From positions 1 through 25,507 of IMG/VR virus record IMGVR_UViG_3300030099_006603: a stretch of 25,507 nucleotides of DNA, one strand, 5' to 3'. The notes beneath the pieces were generated by a model. That model worked only from the letters and a program-made list of their open reading frames with translations, ran no database searches and was not told where the DNA came from. Of this stretch, positions 23,820 through 25,507 are shown in pieces. Numbering within the stretch: position 1 is the stretch's first letter; every line of letters starts with the position of its first letter. The DNA is from a virus (taxonomy: Duplodnaviria; Caudoviricetes). The translations under genes were made by a program, and so were the position numbers.

Positions 23820-23842
23820 ATAAAAATAATTTTAAAAAAATA

Positions 23843-24568
23843 TTATTTAAGTTCCCTTATCTCAAAAGAAACAGATTTTTTATCTCCAACGTATCTACCT
23901 TTATCGTAAGTTAGTTGTGTAAAATTCTCTTGTGGTGAGTTATCTAAATCTTTTACATATAATAAAACACTAGTTCCTGAAGGTAGTTGTGGACTAGTTA
24001 AATGAAATATCAACCCTAATCTACTTTCTTTAATTGTTAATATATCAAAATTCATTCTATCAGATAAGTTAGTCTCTATTTTTTTACCCTTCCCTGGTGT
24101 TACAGAAATTGTATTAGGGTGACCGATAAACCTAACTTTAATATGTGAATATGGTAATTTCTTAGTTGGTAATGCAACTAAACCGTCATCACTTACATCT
24201 ATATCGTCTTTTTGACTATCTAATTTTTGATTAAATTCGGCTTCATCATCTTTTAATTTTTTCATTGCTCTTTCATAAGCACTAGAAACCGCATTGGGAT
24301 CATCAGTCATTTCAGCATCTTTTGCTAGTGATTTTTGTATTTCAGCCGATAAATCAAAATTTTCTATTTCTTTAGAAATATTATCTATAAAACCGCCTCT
24401 TTTTTTATTACTATGCTTTATACCTTGTTTCATTAACCATACCAAAGGATGATCATATTCCTTTAAAAGATATTTAAACTCATCTGATGGTTCTATATGA
24501 TTTTCTAATAAATAATTTATTTCTTCGTTTAAATCCTTTATTAATCTATTATTTTTTTCAATATTCAT
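23843..24568 (-). CDS. Hypothetical late protein (241 aa)
   Basis: Helical N-half and beta-rich C-half, with its own late-type motif upstream. Confidence 0.8.
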   Translation of the reverse strand: MNIEKNNRLIKDLNEEINYLLENHIEPSDEFKYLLKEYDHPLVWLMKQGIKHSNKKRGGFIDNISKEIENFDLSAEIQKSLAKDAEMTDDPNAVSSAYERAMKKLKDDEAEFNQKLDSQKDDIDVSDDGLVALPTKKLPYSHIKVRFIGHPNTISVTPGKGKKIETNLSDRMNFDILTIKESRLGLIFHLTSPQLPSGTSVLLYVKDLDNSPQENFTQLTYDKGRYVGDKKSVSFEIRELK

Positions 24569-24576
24569 AACTATAT

Positions 24577-24591
24577 TTTATATATAAATAT
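24577..24591 (-). promoter_or_regulatory. Putative late promoter motif ATATTTATATATAAA
   Basis: Exact 15-mer, 8 nt upstream of ATG 24568. Confidence 0.72.
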
Positions 24592-24605
24592 AATATAAAA
24601 ATAAA

Positions 24606-24755
24606 TTATTCTTCTTTAGGTGTTAATTGTTGTAAAAATATTCTTCTACTATAGGTTGGCATAATTAAAATATCAGAATAACTGAAATTACCACCTTTAA
24701 CTAAAATAAATATTTCTTGATGTAAAGAACTTAAATAATTAGAGTTCAGGCCAGA
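24606..24755 (-). CDS. Unannotated start-less ORF: gpT/gp51-like extension of the tail assembly chaperone, predicted frameshift product
   Basis: Hand translation SGLNSNYLSSLHQEIFILVKGGNFSYSDILIMPTYSRRIFLQQLTPKEE*. The frame is open from 24785 with no ATG/GTG/TTG until the last 18 codons, and it overlaps the chaperone end at T-TTT-TTC. Confidence 0.7.
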   Translation of the reverse strand, partial: SGLNSNYLSSLHQEIFILVKGGNFSYSDILIMPTYSRRIFLQQLTPKEE

Positions 24756-25500
24756 AAAAAGATGACGATATTCTAAGAAAGCAACTTACGGATTCTCCCC
24801 CCTGAATCCGCGCTTCTGTTTCAAAATCAATACCTGGCTCAATACTTGTAACATATTTATTGAAATTTCTTACATCTAAAATTTTTAATCTTTTTATTAT
24901 ATTGGAAAGTTTAATCTTATCGGTTTCCCCATCAATGGATTGAATTGTTTGTTCTAACCTCAGAATAGGTGTAAAATTTTCTTCACTATTAAACCTATCT
25001 TGCATTTGTTTATTTTTAGTTTCTATAATTTCTTCATCTTTAGCGTTTAATAATTTAAATTTTATATTTTTTCCCGATTCCGGTAAAATAAAATCAAATA
25101 AACCACTATTATCAGGTTTAACTTTTAATTGTTTACTTTTTAATTTAGATAAGTCTACTTCACCCTCAATTAAATTTTTAGTTTTAGGGTCAATAACCAA
25201 CTGAACATACTTTTCACCAAAACCAGTAACTCTTAAATATATTAATAAAGCTAATCTATCACCCACTAATAGTTCGGAATGATCAAATCCCAAATCTTTA
25301 ATTTTTCTTTCTAATAATATATCTAACATACTACTTGAATTACTTGAAATATTTGGGGAACTTAAAATATTCTCATCTAAAGCAGTTAAATACTCAAGTT
25401 TAACTTTTGACTTTTTATTTGGATATAATAATCCTTGTGAAGGTAATTCCACAATATCGTATGGTGTTTGAAACTCTTCAGGTACAAAGTTAGCATCCAT
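24739..25500 (-). CDS. gp26: Baseplate hub / tail assembly chaperone, T4 gp26-like
   Basis: YDIVELPSQGLLYP, LEYLTALDENIL, GDRLALLIYLRVTGFGEKY, VDLSKL, LPESGKNIKFKLL, IEPGID and terminal FFWPEL. Lies upstream of the TMP. Confidence 0.78.
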   Translation of the reverse strand: MDANFVPEEFQTPYDIVELPSQGLLYPNKKSKVKLEYLTALDENILSSPNISSNSSSMLDILLERKIKDLGFDHSELLVGDRLALLIYLRVTGFGEKYVQLVIDPKTKNLIEGEVDLSKLKSKQLKVKPDNSGLFDFILPESGKNIKFKLLNAKDEEIIETKNKQMQDRFNSEENFTPILRLEQTIQSIDGETDKIKLSNIIKRLKILDVRNFNKYVTSIEPGIDFETEARIQGGESVSCFLRISSSFFWPEL

Positions 25501-25507
25501 TATATTT

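Larger units (their letters stand above)
1..25507 (-). mobile_element. Fragment of a large contractile-tailed (T4-superfamily-like, probably jumbo) phage genome, likely with a Bacteroidota host
   Basis: Co-oriented baseplate/tail genes (gp6-, gp25-, gp53-, hub-, gp26-like, TMP) plus a gp32/UvsX/RNase H/helicase/NrdJ block. No cellular housekeeping genes and no integrase. TAnnTTTG promoters and no Shine-Dalgarno motifs. Confidence 0.92.

Noticed and set aside
23092-23823. 243-aa plus-strand ORF antisense to the TMP
   Set aside because: Shadow ORF: it lies almost entirely opposite a convincing gene in codon register, with Ser/Ile/Leu/Phe-rich composition mirroring the sense codons and no motif.
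451-25500. Interpretation as a bacterial eCIS/T6SS/tailocin locus or a prophage
   Set aside because: Baseplate genes are interleaved with phage-type gp32, UvsX, RNase H, helicase and RNR, with no host genes, integrase or T6SS membrane complex.
1-25507. tRNA genes, CRISPR arrays, DGR-type repeats
   Set aside because: Intergenic gaps are short and AT-rich with no cloverleaf or spaced direct repeats visible. No reverse transcriptase gene and no long duplicated segment was noticed by eye; a self dot-plot would be the definitive check.

Overview
This window is a very AT-rich, densely coding fragment of a large lytic myovirus, T4-superfamily-like and probably a jumbo phage. All credible genes are on the minus strand and use the standard code. 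In transcription order (right to left) they are: a gp26-like tail/hub chaperone followed by an unannotated start-less ORF reachable only by a +1/-2 frameshift, a 241-aa hypothetical, the tape measure protein, a ~200-bp AT-rich spacer, a 1274-aa tube-initiator-like protein with an inserted OmpA-like domain, a gp53/LysM-like protein, a 1888-aa hub protein with a degenerate GH19-like tail, four small hypotheticals, a replication block (gp32-like SSB, UvsX/RecA, RNase H/5'-3' exonuclease, a 153-aa unknown, DnaB/gp41 helicase, class II RNR NrdJ), gp25- and gp6-like baseplate wedge genes, and a CxxC membrane protein running off the left edge. Two promoter classes are visible. One is host-type, (TT)GACT-N17-TAnnTTT(G/A), which matches the Bacteroidota consensus; together with SD-less A-rich leaders it points to a Bacteroidota host. 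The other is a five-copy ATATTTAT-N1-2-TATAAA motif, a likely late promoter. No tRNA, CRISPR array or integrase was seen. All product calls come from motif recognition by eye; no searches were run.
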